Of a stretch of DNA of 64,000 bases, positions 21,372 through 33,757 are shown piece by piece. A program made the translations under genes and the position numbers. How positions within the stretch are numbered: the stretch's first letter is position 1; the number at the start of each line of letters is the position of its first letter. The stretch covers positions 667,287-731,286 of the forward strand of contig OY970273.1 in NCBI GenBank assembly GCA_963715755.1, read 5' to 3'. Source of the DNA: an uncultured Planctomycetaceae bacterium (GTDB lineage Bacteria > Planctomycetota > Planctomycetia > Pirellulales > PALSA-1355). The notes under the pieces were generated by a model. That model was given only the letters and a program-made list of their open reading frames with translations, did not search any database and had not been told where the DNA came from.

Positions 21372-21416
21372 CAAAGCAAAAAGCCTGTCGCCGGTCGAAA
21401 CCAGCGCCAGGCTTTC
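21372..21416 (-). terminator. Probable terminator after tRNA-Leu
   Basis: On the minus strand the stem aaagcctg...caggcttt is followed by ttgctttgg. Confidence 0.5.
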
Positions 21417-21420
21417 GCAG

Positions 21421-21503
21421 TACCGAAGGTGGGAGTCGAACCCACACGAGGTTGCCCTCACTGGATTTTGAATCCAGCGCGTCTGCCATTCCGCCACTCC
21501 GGC
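21421..21503 (-). tRNA. tRNA-Leu (anticodon CAA)
   Basis: Manual fold of the reverse complement: GCCGGAG acceptor, anticodon stem-loop CTGGA-TTCAAAA-TCCAG, long variable arm GAGG-GCAA-CCTC, T arm GTGGG-TTCGACT-CCCAC. No CCA is encoded. Confidence 0.9.
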
Positions 21504-21666
21504 GTCGGGAAACTTAGAGTTTAGGCCCGCTCGGGTTGCCGTCAATCCCCGGCCCCGGCCCGCATTTGCAGGCGTCCCTCCGACCCGCCGCGCACCAAGC
21601 TTGACGCTGTCGACGAGCGGCGGCTAGCATGGCCCAGCCTGGGCCCTGTGGCGCGTAGGATCTCGC

Positions 21667-22970
21667 ATGCGGGTCGTCGTTTTCGAAGATGAGCAGGTTG
21701 CCGATCTGGATCCGGTCGCGCTGGGGCGGCCGGCGTTCGCGATCAGTTGCGGCAGCCGGCGCTTGATCGACCTGGTGGCCGGGCTCGGCACGCGGATCCA
21801 GGTCAGCCTGCGGCCTCATCTGCGCCAGATCGTGGCGGCGGATTTCCCCCAAGTTGCCCTGCTCGACGGACCGGGCCAATTGCCTGCCGGCGAGCCCGTG
21901 CTGTGGGTCAATGCCCGGCTGGTTCCCTCCCGCGCGGCGGCCGCCCAGCTGGCCAGCATGATGGACCGCGGCCGGCCGGCTGTGGTTCGCTCGGGCGAGA
22001 TGCTGGCCATCGCGCTCTCGACGCCGCAGCCTGGCGGTCCGGGTGGCCCGCACGCTGTGCAGTCGGCTCCGGCGGCGAGCAGCCTGCGCCTGCCGCTGGA
22101 CTGGCCGCTGCAGCACCTTGCCCGGCTCGGCTTGCCGGCGGCCGCAGGCGTGCTGCCGCTGTTCGAATATCCGCACGACGTCGTCCGGCACCATGTGACG
22201 ACGATCGGCGAGCATCTGGCCGATCGGATTGCCCGGGGTGCGTATCGCGAAGTGGCCCCCGGCGTGTATCTGGCGCGGGGGCGAAGCTCGGCGAGTACGT
22301 CGTGACCGACACGAAGGCCGGGCCGATCGTGCTGGAAGCCGGCGCGACGGTCGGGCCGCACAGCTTTCTGGCCGGGCCGGTTCACCTGGGCGCCAACAGC
22401 CGGGTGCTCGAGCATGCGGCCCTCAAGCATGCCGTGGCCCTGGCGCACACGACCAAGATCGGCGGCGAGATCGAAGCCTCGATCATCGAGCCGTACAGCA
22501 ACAAGCAGCATCACGGGTTTCTCGGGCACAGCTACCTGGGCAGCTGGGTCAACCTGGGCGCCGGCACCTGTAACAGCGATTTGAAGAACACCTACGGCCC
22601 GGTGAACATGGAGTACCGCGGCCGAAAGATTTCCACCGGCATGCAGTTCGTCGGAGCGATCATCGGCGACTATTCCAAGACGGCGATCAACACCGGCATC
22701 TTCACCGGCAAGGTGATCGGCGTGGGGAGCATGGTCTACGGTTTCGTGACGACGAATGTTCCGAGCTTCGTCAACTACGCCCGCTCGTTCTCGCAAGTGA
22801 GCGAAGCGCCCGTCGAGGTGCTGGTGGCGACGCAGCGGCGCATGTTCGAGCGCCGCCAGGTCGAGCAGCGGCCTTGCGACATTCAGCTTTTGCACGACAT
22901 GCACGAGCTGACGGCCCACGAGCGGCAATTGCCCGGCGAACCCTTGTCGCTGGAACCGCTGTCGCTTTGA
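21667..22970 (+). CDS. Putative sugar nucleotidyltransferase with left-handed beta-helix C-domain (GlmU-like), one apparent frameshift ~22275
   Basis: The N-domain is in ORF 21667..22305. The hexapeptide-repeat domain is in ORF 21747..22970 (IGGEIEASII...GSWVNLGAGTCNSDLKNTYG). Confidence 0.7.
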
Positions 22971-23124
22971 CCGCTGGCAGCCGGGCGGGGCGGCATGACA
23001 TAATGGGTCGGCCGGCTGCCGCGGGTGTTTCCGCCCGTGGTCGGCGCCGCACGATTGCCGCAGGGCCACGACGACGCGGCCGGCCTGTAGGACTTCGCCC
23101 CAGGAACGCCAGAAAAAAGCGCGC

Positions 23125-23997
23125 ATGAAACTCAGCGAGGCCTACGGACCCGGCAAGTTTGGCTTGTCGTTCGAGCTGTTCCCGCCCAAGACGGCGGCCG
23201 GCGAATTGGAGCTGTTTCGTCATCTGGACGAGCTGGTGCCCTTTGCGCCCAGCTACGTCACGTGCACGTACGGCGCCGGCGGATCGACGCGGGCCAAGAC
23301 GCTCGACGTCGTCGAGCAGGTCCGCCGCCGGCACCAACTGCCGGTCGCTTCGCATCTGACGTGCGTCGGTTCGACGATCGACGAGCTGCGGGCGTTTCTG
23401 GTCGAAGCCACCCGCCGCGAAGTCGACAACATCGTGGCTCTGCGCGGCGACCCGCCGCAGGGGCAAACCGATTTTCGGCCGGTGGCCGGCGGATTGCGTT
23501 ACGCTTCGGAGCTGGTCGAACTGGTCCGCCGTGAGTTCGGCCACTTCGGCATCGCGGTGGCCGGATACCCCGAAACGCATCGCGAGGCGGCGAGTCCGGC
23601 TGCCGATCTGGAAAACCTGCGCCGCAAGGTCGACAGCGGCGCCGACATCGTGATCACGCAGTTGTTCTACGACAACGCGGATTTCTTTCGCTTTCGCGAA
23701 CGCTGCGAGCAGCTCGGCATCGGCGTGCCGATCGTGCCGGGCATCTTGCCGGTCACCAGCCTGACGCAGATCCAGCGGATCGCCTCGCTGTGCGGGGCGC
23801 GCCTGCCCGACGATTTCGCCGGCCGCCTGGCCGCGCAGGCCGACGATGCCGAGGGGCAGTTTGCCGTGGGGGTCGAATTTGCCACCCGGCAGGTACAGGA
23901 ATTGATCGACTCGGGCGTGCCCGGCGTTCACTTCTACGTGCTCAATAAGTCCCCGGCGACCGCTGGCGTATTGCGGGCGGTACGGCTGCCAGGCTGA
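23125..23997 (+). CDS. metF: 5,10-methylenetetrahydrofolate reductase
   Basis: ORF 23125..23997. Typical MetF blocks present: SFELFPPKT, YVTCTYGAGGSTR, VALRGDPP, ITQLFYD. Confidence 0.92.
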   Translation: MKLSEAYGPGKFGLSFELFPPKTAAGELELFRHLDELVPFAPSYVTCTYGAGGSTRAKTLDVVEQVRRRHQLPVASHLTCVGSTIDELRAFLVEATRREVDNIVALRGDPPQGQTDFRPVAGGLRYASELVELVRREFGHFGIAVAGYPETHREAASPAADLENLRRKVDSGADIVITQLFYDNADFFRFRERCEQLGIGVPIVPGILPVTSLTQIQRIASLCGARLPDDFAGRLAAQADDAEGQFAVGVEFATRQVQELIDSGVPGVHFYVLNKSPATAGVLRAVRLPG

Positions 23998-24576
23998 CTG
24001 GCTGTCGGCCATTGACGATTGGCCGCTGGCAAGCTTTCGCCAATCGGACCAGCCGGCACGACAGGCAAAAGACCCCACCTGGCCGGCCAGCACCCTGCGC
24101 CGCTGGGCGAACCAAAACCGCCGATTGCCTGTCTGATTGGTACGGCGGTTGCATTTCAGACGCAATACGGGGGTTTAACAGCCCGGCAGGACGCCGGATT
24201 GATTAGCCCTCGGGCAATCGATGCCTGAGCTGTGCGCAGCCGCGGGCATCGGTTGGGCACCAAGAGCTGGAGTGCACACGTGTCCGGCTGAGCAAGCGCG
24301 AGATCGAGGGGATTGTCATGGCAATCGGGCTGATGTCCGGGGCCTGGCAGCTTCGATATTGAGAATTGGGGAGTGGCCAAATTGAGTGGGCCCACCCGGA
24401 GCCAATCTTGGGATTGACCCCAGGGGCCGATTTGGATATTTGCTAACTTCCAGCCTCAGGCGCATTGTCAGGGAAGGCGTCGGTAAAGCGACCCGCGTGC
24501 CTCTTTGATAGACCTCTTGGTGTGGTCGTGAGTGTCCCGTGTGGACATTCAGCCGTACTATTACACGGAGGTAGTC

Positions 24577-26028
24577 ATGGCGTCGCCTGCACTTGTGCGG
24601 GGGAACCACTCCCGCGCCTTTCTGACGTTGTTGTTGCTCCTGGCGCTGATCGGCGGCGAGCTGTGTCTGGCCGGCTATACTTTGGCCGGCGGTTGGGGCT
24701 CAGGCGGACAGGCCGGATTCTTCGCCACCAGCGCACTCGCGCTGCTCATGGCCACGGCCATTCAAATCCGCGCAGCCTGGACTCTGTTCTGCCAGTCGGG
24801 CTCCGGGCCCGGGCTTGGCACGATTTTGCGCGGCGGCTTTGCCGGCGCCTGTGCGGCGTACATCCTGTGTTTGCTGGTCGGGCCGGTCGCCGGAATCGCC
24901 ACGCTCTGGGCCGGCTGCACTGCCCTGCTCGGTTCGATCATGCTCGTGCCGCTGGCCGCGAACCCGCAAACGCTCGAACGCTGGCGCAAACTGATCGAGG
25001 CCCGCACCCCGCGGCGAATCGGCCTGGCCGTATATCACGCCGCGCTGGGGCTCGTCGTGGCCGAAGCGCTTCTGCGCGGCTATCGACTGCTGGAAACGGC
25101 CGAACAGATTCGGCTGGCTGCGGCCAGTGGGCCGGCTGTCCGATCTTTGACCCCTGCCGGCACCGAGCAGAGTGGCACCGGGCCGGCTGGCCTCCAGTCG
25201 ATTGGCACCCAGCGGGCGGGCGCCGGGTCGGCGAGGCCGGGCGTGCTGCGCGTGGCGATCGTCGACGGATTGTCGGTCGGCGATGCCGACTGCGAAGCCT
25301 TCTTTCCCTCGCCGGTCGTTTCGTCGTATGCCGGTTTGGAAGTCTCTCGCATCGGCGGCCTGGAGGTTGGCGCGCCCGAGAATCAGCTCCGGGCCGAGCT
25401 CGAAGTGCGCCGCCCCGACCTGGTCTTGGCGATGATCTCGCTCGAGCATGGGCTCAAGCCGATGCCGTCGGCCGCCAGCGTATTCGATTGGCGCTCGCTG
25501 GAGCTGGCCCAGCTGCTGCTCGGTTGGCGGGCCGCGACGGGCCCAGGCGACGCGGCAAGCGCTCAGGCCGACGCTCAGGATCACAGCGAAGGACGGCGGC
25601 TGGCGATTTGCCGCACGCCGCTCGACGAACGGGCCAAGGCCCAGTGGCGGGCCACGTTTGCCGAACTGGACACGCTGCTGGCCGGTTGCAGCCAGTCGCG
25701 GGTGCCGGTCGCGCTGGTCGTCGTGCCCGAGGGTTTTCAGGTCAACCGCGTGCTGTGCGACACGCTGCGCCGCCGGGCCGGCTATGGCCCGAAGGAGCTC
25801 GATCTTGCCCTCCCCCAGCGGCGCTTGGCCACGTACGCCCAGGAGCGGCAGGTGCCGCTCGTCGACTTGCTCCCCTACCTGCAATCGAGCCACGACCCGG
25901 TCTATCAGCAAGTCTCGGGGGGCTGGAACGAGCGCGGCAAAGCGGTCGCCAGCCGGGCGATTTGCGGCTGGCTGGCGTCGCAGTACAGCGGGCTGTCGGC
26001 CCGGGCCCAGCTTTCGAGCGGCAATTGA
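24577..26028 (+). CDS. Hypothetical membrane protein with SGNH/GDSL-like C-terminal region
   Basis: ORF 24532..26028. The ATG at 24577 is preceded by GGAGGT. About 5 TM helices are followed by a soluble domain. The functional call is weak. Confidence 0.5.
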   Translation: MASPALVRGNHSRAFLTLLLLLALIGGELCLAGYTLAGGWGSGGQAGFFATSALALLMATAIQIRAAWTLFCQSGSGPGLGTILRGGFAGACAAYILCLLVGPVAGIATLWAGCTALLGSIMLVPLAANPQTLERWRKLIEARTPRRIGLAVYHAALGLVVAEALLRGYRLLETAEQIRLAAASGPAVRSLTPAGTEQSGTGPAGLQSIGTQRAGAGSARPGVLRVAIVDGLSVGDADCEAFFPSPVVSSYAGLEVSRIGGLEVGAPENQLRAELEVRRPDLVLAMISLEHGLKPMPSAASVFDWRSLELAQLLLGWRAATGPGDAASAQADAQDHSEGRRLAICRTPLDERAKAQWRATFAELDTLLAGCSQSRVPVALVVVPEGFQVNRVLCDTLRRRAGYGPKELDLALPQRRLATYAQERQVPLVDLLPYLQSSHDPVYQQVSGGWNERGKAVASRAICGWLASQYSGLSARAQLSSGN

Positions 26029-26079
26029 CGATCGCTGCGGCCGCTTTCCGCCCGATCAGCGCTGGGGGCCTAAGCCCGA

Positions 26080-27822
<1,743 letters not shown>

Positions 27823-28246
27823 GCGGCTGTTGGCGACACACGATTGCTTGGGATTGCGAATCACCGAAAAGCAGTTCCGGTGCCACACGCGCGTAACATG
27901 CCCCCTACTTACGCGTGGCAAGGCTCGATACACCAATCACTTAGGTGCGAGCCAGATCCCTCGTGGTCGCCCCGCCCACGGCCGGTTTGCGCTGCCAAAA
28001 AGCAACGTTTTTCGCGGTCCAGTGTGCTCGAAGGGCAACATCCCTGCGACGGATAGCAGCCGGCCTGTATGCCGGCACGTCGCCGAATTGTTCTACACCG
28101 ATGCGTTCTACGTAGCCGAACCCGCCGCAGGTCGGCCGCCGGCCGCTCCGTGTTGACGAAAAGCGACCGGCGAATCGAACCATCGAGAACGGATCCGCCA
28201 TAACGTACTTCGCTGGGCGTGTCCGAGATTATTCCGCTACGCTAAG

Positions 28247-29935
28247 ATGTGGCACCTTGCGGCGCCGGTGGCCCCGACTTACCCCTCCGCTTTTCCGACA
28301 CCTGGCATGGTCCCCAGCGAATTGAACACCGCACTCGCCGATTTGTGTCGCGACTTTCAGCGCCAGGAAGCCCAAATCGAGCTGGGGGGCGGACCGGCCG
28401 CCAACCAGCGCCAGCATGCCAAAGGACGGCTGACCGCCCGGGAGCGGATTGCCCTGGTCCTGGACCCGGGCTCGTACTGGCTGGAAGTCGGCCTCTGGGC
28501 CGGCTGGCAGATGTACCAGGAATGGGGCGGCGCGCCGGCTGCCGGAGTGGTGTGCGGCGTGGGGCTGGTGGCCGGGCGGCGGCAGATGATCATCGCCAAC
28601 GACGCCACGGTCAAAGCCGGCGCCTTCTTTCCTGCTACGGCCAAGAAGGTGCTGCGGGCACAACGGATCGCCCTGCAAAATCGGCTACCGCTCATTTATC
28701 TGGTCGATTCGGCCGGCGTGTTCCTGCCCCTGCAGGAGGACGTCTTCCCGGACGAGGACGATTTCGGCCGCATCTTTCGCAACAACGCGGTGATCTCGGC
28801 CGCCGGGCTGGGACAGGTCGCCGCGATCATGGGCAATTGCGTGGCCGGCGGCGGATACTTGCCCGTGCTCTGCGACAAGTTGTTGATGACCGACGGCTCG
28901 GGGTTGTATCTGGCCGGTCCGGCGCTGGTGAAAAGCGCGATCGGGCAGGAAGTGTCCAGCGAGGATTTGGGGGGCGCCGCCATGCACGCCCAGGTGAGCG
29001 GCACGATCGACTATCGCGATCCGACCGACGAGGCGTGCCTTGCGCGTTTGCGGCGGCTGGCCGGGCTGGTGCCCCCTGACGCGACGCAGACCGCAGCGCC
29101 GTTTTCGCGCATCGCGGCTGTCGAGCCGGCGCGGCCGGCCAGCGACCTGTACCAATTGGTCAGCCCCGATCCGCGCAGCGATTACGACGTGTGCGACGTG
29201 CTGGCCGCGATTCTCGATGCCGACAGCTTCGATCCGTACAAGCCGGAATACGGCCAATCGGTGGTTTGCGGGACGGCCCGGCTGGGCGGTTTTGCGATTG
29301 GCGTGGTGGCCAACCAGCACCATCGGGTTCGGCCGGCCGAAGGCCCGATCCAGTTTGGCGGCGTGATGTACGTCGACGGGGCGGAAAAGGCCGCCCGGTT
29401 CGTCATGAACTGCAACCAGGACTGGCTGCCGATTCTGTTCCTGCAGGACGTCAACGGCTTCATGGTCGGGCGCGAAAGCGAGCGCTCGGGCATCATCAAG
29501 TCGGGGGCCAAGCTGGTCAGCGCGATCAGCAACAGCCGGGTGCCCAAGCTGACCGTGATCCTCGGCGGATCTTTCGGCGCCGGCAATTACGCGCTCTGCG
29601 GCAAGGCATTCGATCCGCGGATGATCTTCGCCTGGCCCACGGCCCGCTGCGCGGTGATGGGCGCCGATCAGGCTACTTCCACGCTGCTGGATATCACGGT
29701 GCGGAGCCTGGAGCGCGGCGGTCATGCCGTCGACGCGGCCGAGCTGGCCGCGCTGCGCGACCGGGTCAAGGGAGACTACGAGCGACAGATGGACGTGCGC
29801 TACGGCGCGGCGCGGGGCTGGGTCGACGCCATCCTCGACCCCGGGGAAACTCGCCCCGCGCTGATCGAGGCCCTCGAGATCGTCACTCGCCACGCCGATC
29901 TGGAGCCGTATAAACTGGGAGTGTTTCAGGTCTGA
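28247..29935 (+). CDS. Methylcrotonyl-/geranyl-CoA carboxylase beta subunit (carboxyltransferase)
   Basis: ORF 28247..29935, with an alternative ATG at 28307. Blocks present: GGGP...RGRLTARERI..LDPGS, IIANDATVKAGAFFP, LPLIYLVDSAGVFLP, MGNCVAGGGYLP. Confidence 0.9.
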   Translation: MWHLAAPVAPTYPSAFPTPGMVPSELNTALADLCRDFQRQEAQIELGGGPAANQRQHAKGRLTARERIALVLDPGSYWLEVGLWAGWQMYQEWGGAPAAGVVCGVGLVAGRRQMIIANDATVKAGAFFPATAKKVLRAQRIALQNRLPLIYLVDSAGVFLPLQEDVFPDEDDFGRIFRNNAVISAAGLGQVAAIMGNCVAGGGYLPVLCDKLLMTDGSGLYLAGPALVKSAIGQEVSSEDLGGAAMHAQVSGTIDYRDPTDEACLARLRRLAGLVPPDATQTAAPFSRIAAVEPARPASDLYQLVSPDPRSDYDVCDVLAAILDADSFDPYKPEYGQSVVCGTARLGGFAIGVVANQHHRVRPAEGPIQFGGVMYVDGAEKAARFVMNCNQDWLPILFLQDVNGFMVGRESERSGIIKSGAKLVSAISNSRVPKLTVILGGSFGAGNYALCGKAFDPRMIFAWPTARCAVMGADQATSTLLDITVRSLERGGHAVDAAELAALRDRVKGDYERQMDVRYGAARGWVDAILDPGETRPALIEALEIVTRHADLEPYKLGVFQV

Positions 29936-30005
29936 CGGACACGCCGCTCCGGGACCCTCGGTCGCTGCGTCGGCCCCGCTGCGCGGCGCAACAAGGCAGG
30001 ATCTC

Positions 30006-31381
30006 TTGGCTCTGAAAATCGCCAACGCCGCCGGGTTTCTGGGGGACAACGTCGATGCTCCGCGCCGCCTGGTCGAAGCGGCCGAAGTCGACTACCTGAC
30101 GCTCGAGTACCTGGCCGAGCTGACGCTCTCGATCCTGGCCCGGCAGCGCGAGAAGGACCCCGGCGCCGGCTACGCGGCCGATTTCCTCACCGTGCTCACG
30201 TCGCTGGCGCCGGTGCTGGCCGCCCAGTCGCAGCTGCGCATCGTGACGAATGCCGGCGGCATGAATCCTCCCGGCTGCGCAGCGCAGGCGGCCGGCGTGC
30301 TCTGTCGCGCCGGTTTGGGTCATCTGGCGATCGGCGTCGTGAGCGGCGACGATCTCTTGGCCGCGCTGCCCACGCTGCAACAGGCCGGCTGCCGACTGGA
30401 AAACCTCGACACCGGCCAGCCGCTGGCGGAACTCAAAGAACCAATCGTCAGCGCCAACGTTTATCTGGGAGCCCGGCCCATCGTCGAGGCCCTGCAAGGC
30501 GACGCCCAGCTCGTGGTGACCGGCCGCGTGGCCGACGCTTCGCTGACGCTCGGGCCGGCGGTCTACGAGTTCGGCTGGAAATGGGACGATTGGCACCGCC
30601 TGGCCGGCGGCAGCGTGGCGGGACATCTGATCGAATGCGGCGCCAGGTCACCGGCGGCCTGTACCGGCACTGGAACGAGTTTCATCTGTCCGACGTCGGC
30701 TACCCGATCGCCGAGATCGAACACGATTCCAGCTCGACGATCACCAAGCCCACGAATACCGGCGGCGAAGTCAGCCGGCGCACGGTCGTCGAGCAGTTGG
30801 TCTACGAGATCGGCGATCCGGCCCACTACTTGACCCCCGACGTCGACGTCGATTTCACCACGGTCGAAGTGGTCGCGACGGGGCCCGATCGCGTGGCCGT
30901 CCGCGGGGCGACCGGCCGGCCGGCGCCGGACACGCTCAAGGTATCGCTCGCCTATCGGGCCGGCTACATGGCCAGCGGGCAATTGCTTGTTTACGGTCGC
31001 GATGCCGTGGCCAAAGCCCAGGAATGCGGATACCTGGTCGAGCAGCGGCTGCTGCGGGCCGGATTTCGCTTGGACGAGGTGCACGTCGAGTGCCTGGGGG
31101 CCGGCGACGGGGTGCCCAGCCGGGCGCCTGCGGCTGCCGGTCCGCGCGAAGTGATGCTCCGCATCGCGGTGCGCGATCGCCGCGTCGAGGCGGTCGAACG
31201 GTTCACCAAGGAATTCGCTCCGCTGATTACCAGCGGGCCGCCGGGACTGGCCGGCTATGCGGCGCCCCGCGGAGCCGTTCGCCCCGTATTCGCCTATTGG
31301 CCGACGCTCGTGCCGCGGGAACTCATCAGCCCGCGCGTGCAAGTCCGAGCCGCGCGCGACTGGGCGGTCCAGAAGACGTGA
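30006..31381 (+). CDS. AtuA-like protein (DUF1446), one apparent frameshift ~30645
   Basis: TTG start at 30006. The N-terminal half is ORF 30006..30833 and the C-terminal half is ORF 30581..31381. They join at HLIECGA/QVTGGLY; restoring one C in a C-run repairs the frame. Confidence 0.8.
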
Positions 31382-31422
31382 ATCACGAACCAGGCGACCG
31401 GATCTCAGCCAGGGAGCAAGCG

Positions 31423-31800
31423 ATGCCGGAACCGGTGGAGCGCACGATCGAATTGGGCACGATCGCCCATGCCCGCAGCGGCGATAAGGGCAATCATGCC
31501 AACATCGGCGTGGTGGCGTACACGCCCGCGGGATTTGCCCATCTCAAGCGCCATCTCACGGCCGAGCGGGTGGCCGAGTATTTCGCCGGGCTCGAGCCCA
31601 GCAGCGTCGAGCGATTTCTGCTCCCTCGCGTGGGGGCGCTGAACTTCGTGCTGTACAATGCCTTGGCCGGTGGCGCCAGCCAGTCGCTGCGCATCGATAC
31701 CCAGGGCAAGCTCTTGGGCACGGCGATCCTCGACCTGACGCTGCCGGCCCCCGGCAACATCGGGGCGATGCGACGGCCGGCCCGAGTCGAAAGCCCCTGA
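31423..31800 (+). CDS. Small AtuA-associated protein (DUF4387-like)
   Basis: Last 125 codons of ORF 31024..31800. The ATG at 31423 is preceded by AGGGAG. It contains the motif ARSGDKGNHANIGV and lies immediately downstream of the AtuA-like gene. Confidence 0.6.
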   Translation: MPEPVERTIELGTIAHARSGDKGNHANIGVVAYTPAGFAHLKRHLTAERVAEYFAGLEPSSVERFLLPRVGALNFVLYNALAGGASQSLRIDTQGKLLGTAILDLTLPAPGNIGAMRRPARVESP

Positions 31801-31899
31801 GCGAAAGTGCATAGCGCGCCCGGCTTGGGCTTCGCCTGGCGGCTGGAATCTCCGTCGGCGCCGCCTCAGTCCAGTTTGGAATCGGTTTGAGACCTGGCC

Positions 31900-32679
31900 A
31901 TGCAACCCTTGATCAAAACACACGTCCATGGACCGGCCGGCACGATCATCTTGAATCGTCCCGAAAAGCGGAACGCGCTGTCTCGGGCCTTGATCGCCGA
32001 GCTGCAGCAAGCCCTGGCCGACATGCATCAAGAGCGGCGCGTGCGCACCGTGATTCTCACCGGCGCCGGCAATGCATTCTGCGCCGGGATGGATCTGGCC
32101 GAAATGGCGGCCACCAGCCAGTCCGCAGATCCGCTGCCACAGTGGCACCAGGATGCGCTGGATTATCTGGATCTGGTGCAGAACATGCTGCTGTTTCCCA
32201 AGCCGCTGGTGGCCGCGGTCGTCGGGCCGGCCCTGGCGGGCGGGTGCGGACTGGCCCTGGCTTGCGACATCGTGGTGGCGGGGGAGAGCCCAGTTCGGCC
32301 TGCCCGAGCCGCGCCGCGGGCTTGTGGCCGGTGTCGTGGCGCCGCTGCTCGCGTTTCGCATCGGTGCAGGCCGAGCCGGCTATTTGCTGCTGACCGCCCA
32401 GACCATTTCCGCCCCAGCGGCCCACGCCAGTGGGCTGGCGCACGAGGTCATTGCCGACGACAAGGTTTGGGCCCGGGGGGCACAAATCGCCGCCGACTGC
32501 GCGGCCTGCGCGCCGAATCGCTGCAGCTCACCAAGCGGATCCTCAACGAAACGATCGGCGAGCGGTTGAGTGCCGAACTTTCGGTCGGGGCTTCGGCCAG
32601 CGCGACCGCCCGAACCACCGAAGCGGCCGCCGAGGGTTTGGCCGCTTTTCTCGAGCGGCGGGAACCGAAGTGGCCGTAA
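31900..32679 (+). CDS. Enoyl-CoA hydratase/isomerase family protein, two compensating frameshifts (~32290 and ~32505)
   Basis: ORF 31900..32679 holds the N- and C-terminal parts (LNRPEKRNAL, GAGNAFCAGMDL). The middle segment AQFGLPEPRRGLVAGVV... lies in ORF 32072..32569. Confidence 0.8.
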   Translation: MQPLIKTHVHGPAGTIILNRPEKRNALSRALIAELQQALADMHQERRVRTVILTGAGNAFCAGMDLAEMAATSQSADPLPQWHQDALDYLDLVQNMLLFPKPLVAAVVGPALAGGCGLALACDIVVAGESPVRPARAAPRACGRCRGAAARVSHRCRPSRLFAADRPDHFRPSGPRQWAGARGHCRRQGLGPGGTNRRRLRGLRAESLQLTKRILNETIGERLSAELSVGASASATARTTEAAAEGLAAFLERREPKWP

Positions 32680-32766
32680 GCGGCGCCAAGCGGCCGGCGG
32701 CCTGGCACCCGCCTTGTCCACTCGCCATCACGGCCCGAATTCAGGGCCCGCCAGCATGGAATCTGG

Positions 32767-33522
32767 TCACACAAATCTGTCCGACGGGTTGATCGCCAGG
32801 TCGGCCGCCGTCAAGCGGCCCTCGTGGAGAGCCGTGGCCACCAATGCCGCGGCACAGCCGCAAGCGGCCAACTGGTCGAGATCCGCCGGCCCGCGCACGC
32901 CGCCCCCGGCGATTAACTCCAACCCGGGAAACCGCCGGGCGATTTGTCGGCATAGCTGCAACGTGCCGACGCCGCGGCCGCTGCCCACGTCAGCCAGATC
33001 CAGGACGATCGCCCGCCGGATGCCCTGCTGGACGGCTACAGCGAGAATCTCGTCCGCCGCCAGGCCGTCCCAGCCGGCAGCGGCCAAGGGTTGCCCGCCG
33101 CCGAGATCGAGGCTGAAGATCGCGCGCTGCGGGCCGAGCACCTCGAGGACCTGTCCGAGCGTTTCCGCGTCGGCGACCGACTCCAATCCGACCACGATCC
33201 CGGTCACCGCCGGCGTGTGCTCGGCGAACCGGAGCATCGACTCGGCGAGCGCCCGGCTGCCGATTCCCGCATCGATCCAGAGACGGACCCCCAAGGCGGC
33301 CAGTCGGTCGTATGTCGACCAGGCCGGCTCGGCGCCCCCGATTGCGTCCAAGTCAGCCAGGTAAAGCTGCGCGAGGCCCAATTCGAAAAACGCACACCCC
33401 GCGGTCTCGGGCAGCGCATCGGACACGAGCCGGCTTTGGATCGGCCGATACTCGCGTCGTCGGCCTCCTTGGCCACGAACGACGACGCCCCCCATCAAAT
33501 CCAAAACCGGCACGACGCGCAC
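32767..33522 (-). CDS. HisA/HisF-family TIM-barrel protein (not in a his operon)
   Basis: ORF 32767..33522. Blocks present: VVPVLDLMGGVVVRG, LYLADLDAI, IVLDLADVGSGRG, LIAGGGVR. Confidence 0.8.
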   Translation of the reverse strand: MRVVPVLDLMGGVVVRGQGGRRREYRPIQSRLVSDALPETAGCAFFELGLAQLYLADLDAIGGAEPAWSTYDRLAALGVRLWIDAGIGSRALAESMLRFAEHTPAVTGIVVGLESVADAETLGQVLEVLGPQRAIFSLDLGGGQPLAAAGWDGLAADEILAVAVQQGIRRAIVLDLADVGSGRGVGTLQLCRQIARRFPGLELIAGGGVRGPADLDQLAACGCAAALVATALHEGRLTAADLAINPSDRFV

Positions 33523-33679
33523 AGCCTGGCCCTCCCGGGAAGCCTGCTTACGGACGGCGAAGGGTTGGCCGCCGGCGGAAACGGGGCCTGCCTATGTTGC
33601 GCTGGCCGCCTTGCTTTGCAGTCAGACGCCCCAGTTTAACGGTGGTGGTTACAAAGTGTTCAGAAATGCCCGCACCCCC

Positions 33680-33708
33680 TTGAACGGCTGATGAGCATGC
33701 GGTTAGAT
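33680..33708 (+). promoter_or_regulatory. Sigma-70-like promoter (TTGAAC-N17-TTAGAT) for the micro-gene
   Basis: Read directly: the -35 is at 33680-33685 and the -10 at 33703-33708. It lies about 50 nt upstream of the ATG at 33758. Confidence 0.45.
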
Positions 33709-33757
33709 CAACGCATCGTTGTAGGGTTTTCGTCTACTCAGGCAAGGAGGATTATCT

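Noticed and set aside
22971-23124. Possible riboswitch upstream of metF. The 24000-24530 and 27823-28246 leaders were also considered as structured RNAs.
   Set aside because: By eye I could not find the conserved cores of the SAM, SAH, THF or ZTP riboswitches, or of SRP RNA, RNase P or tmRNA. A covariance-model scan would be needed before making any claim.
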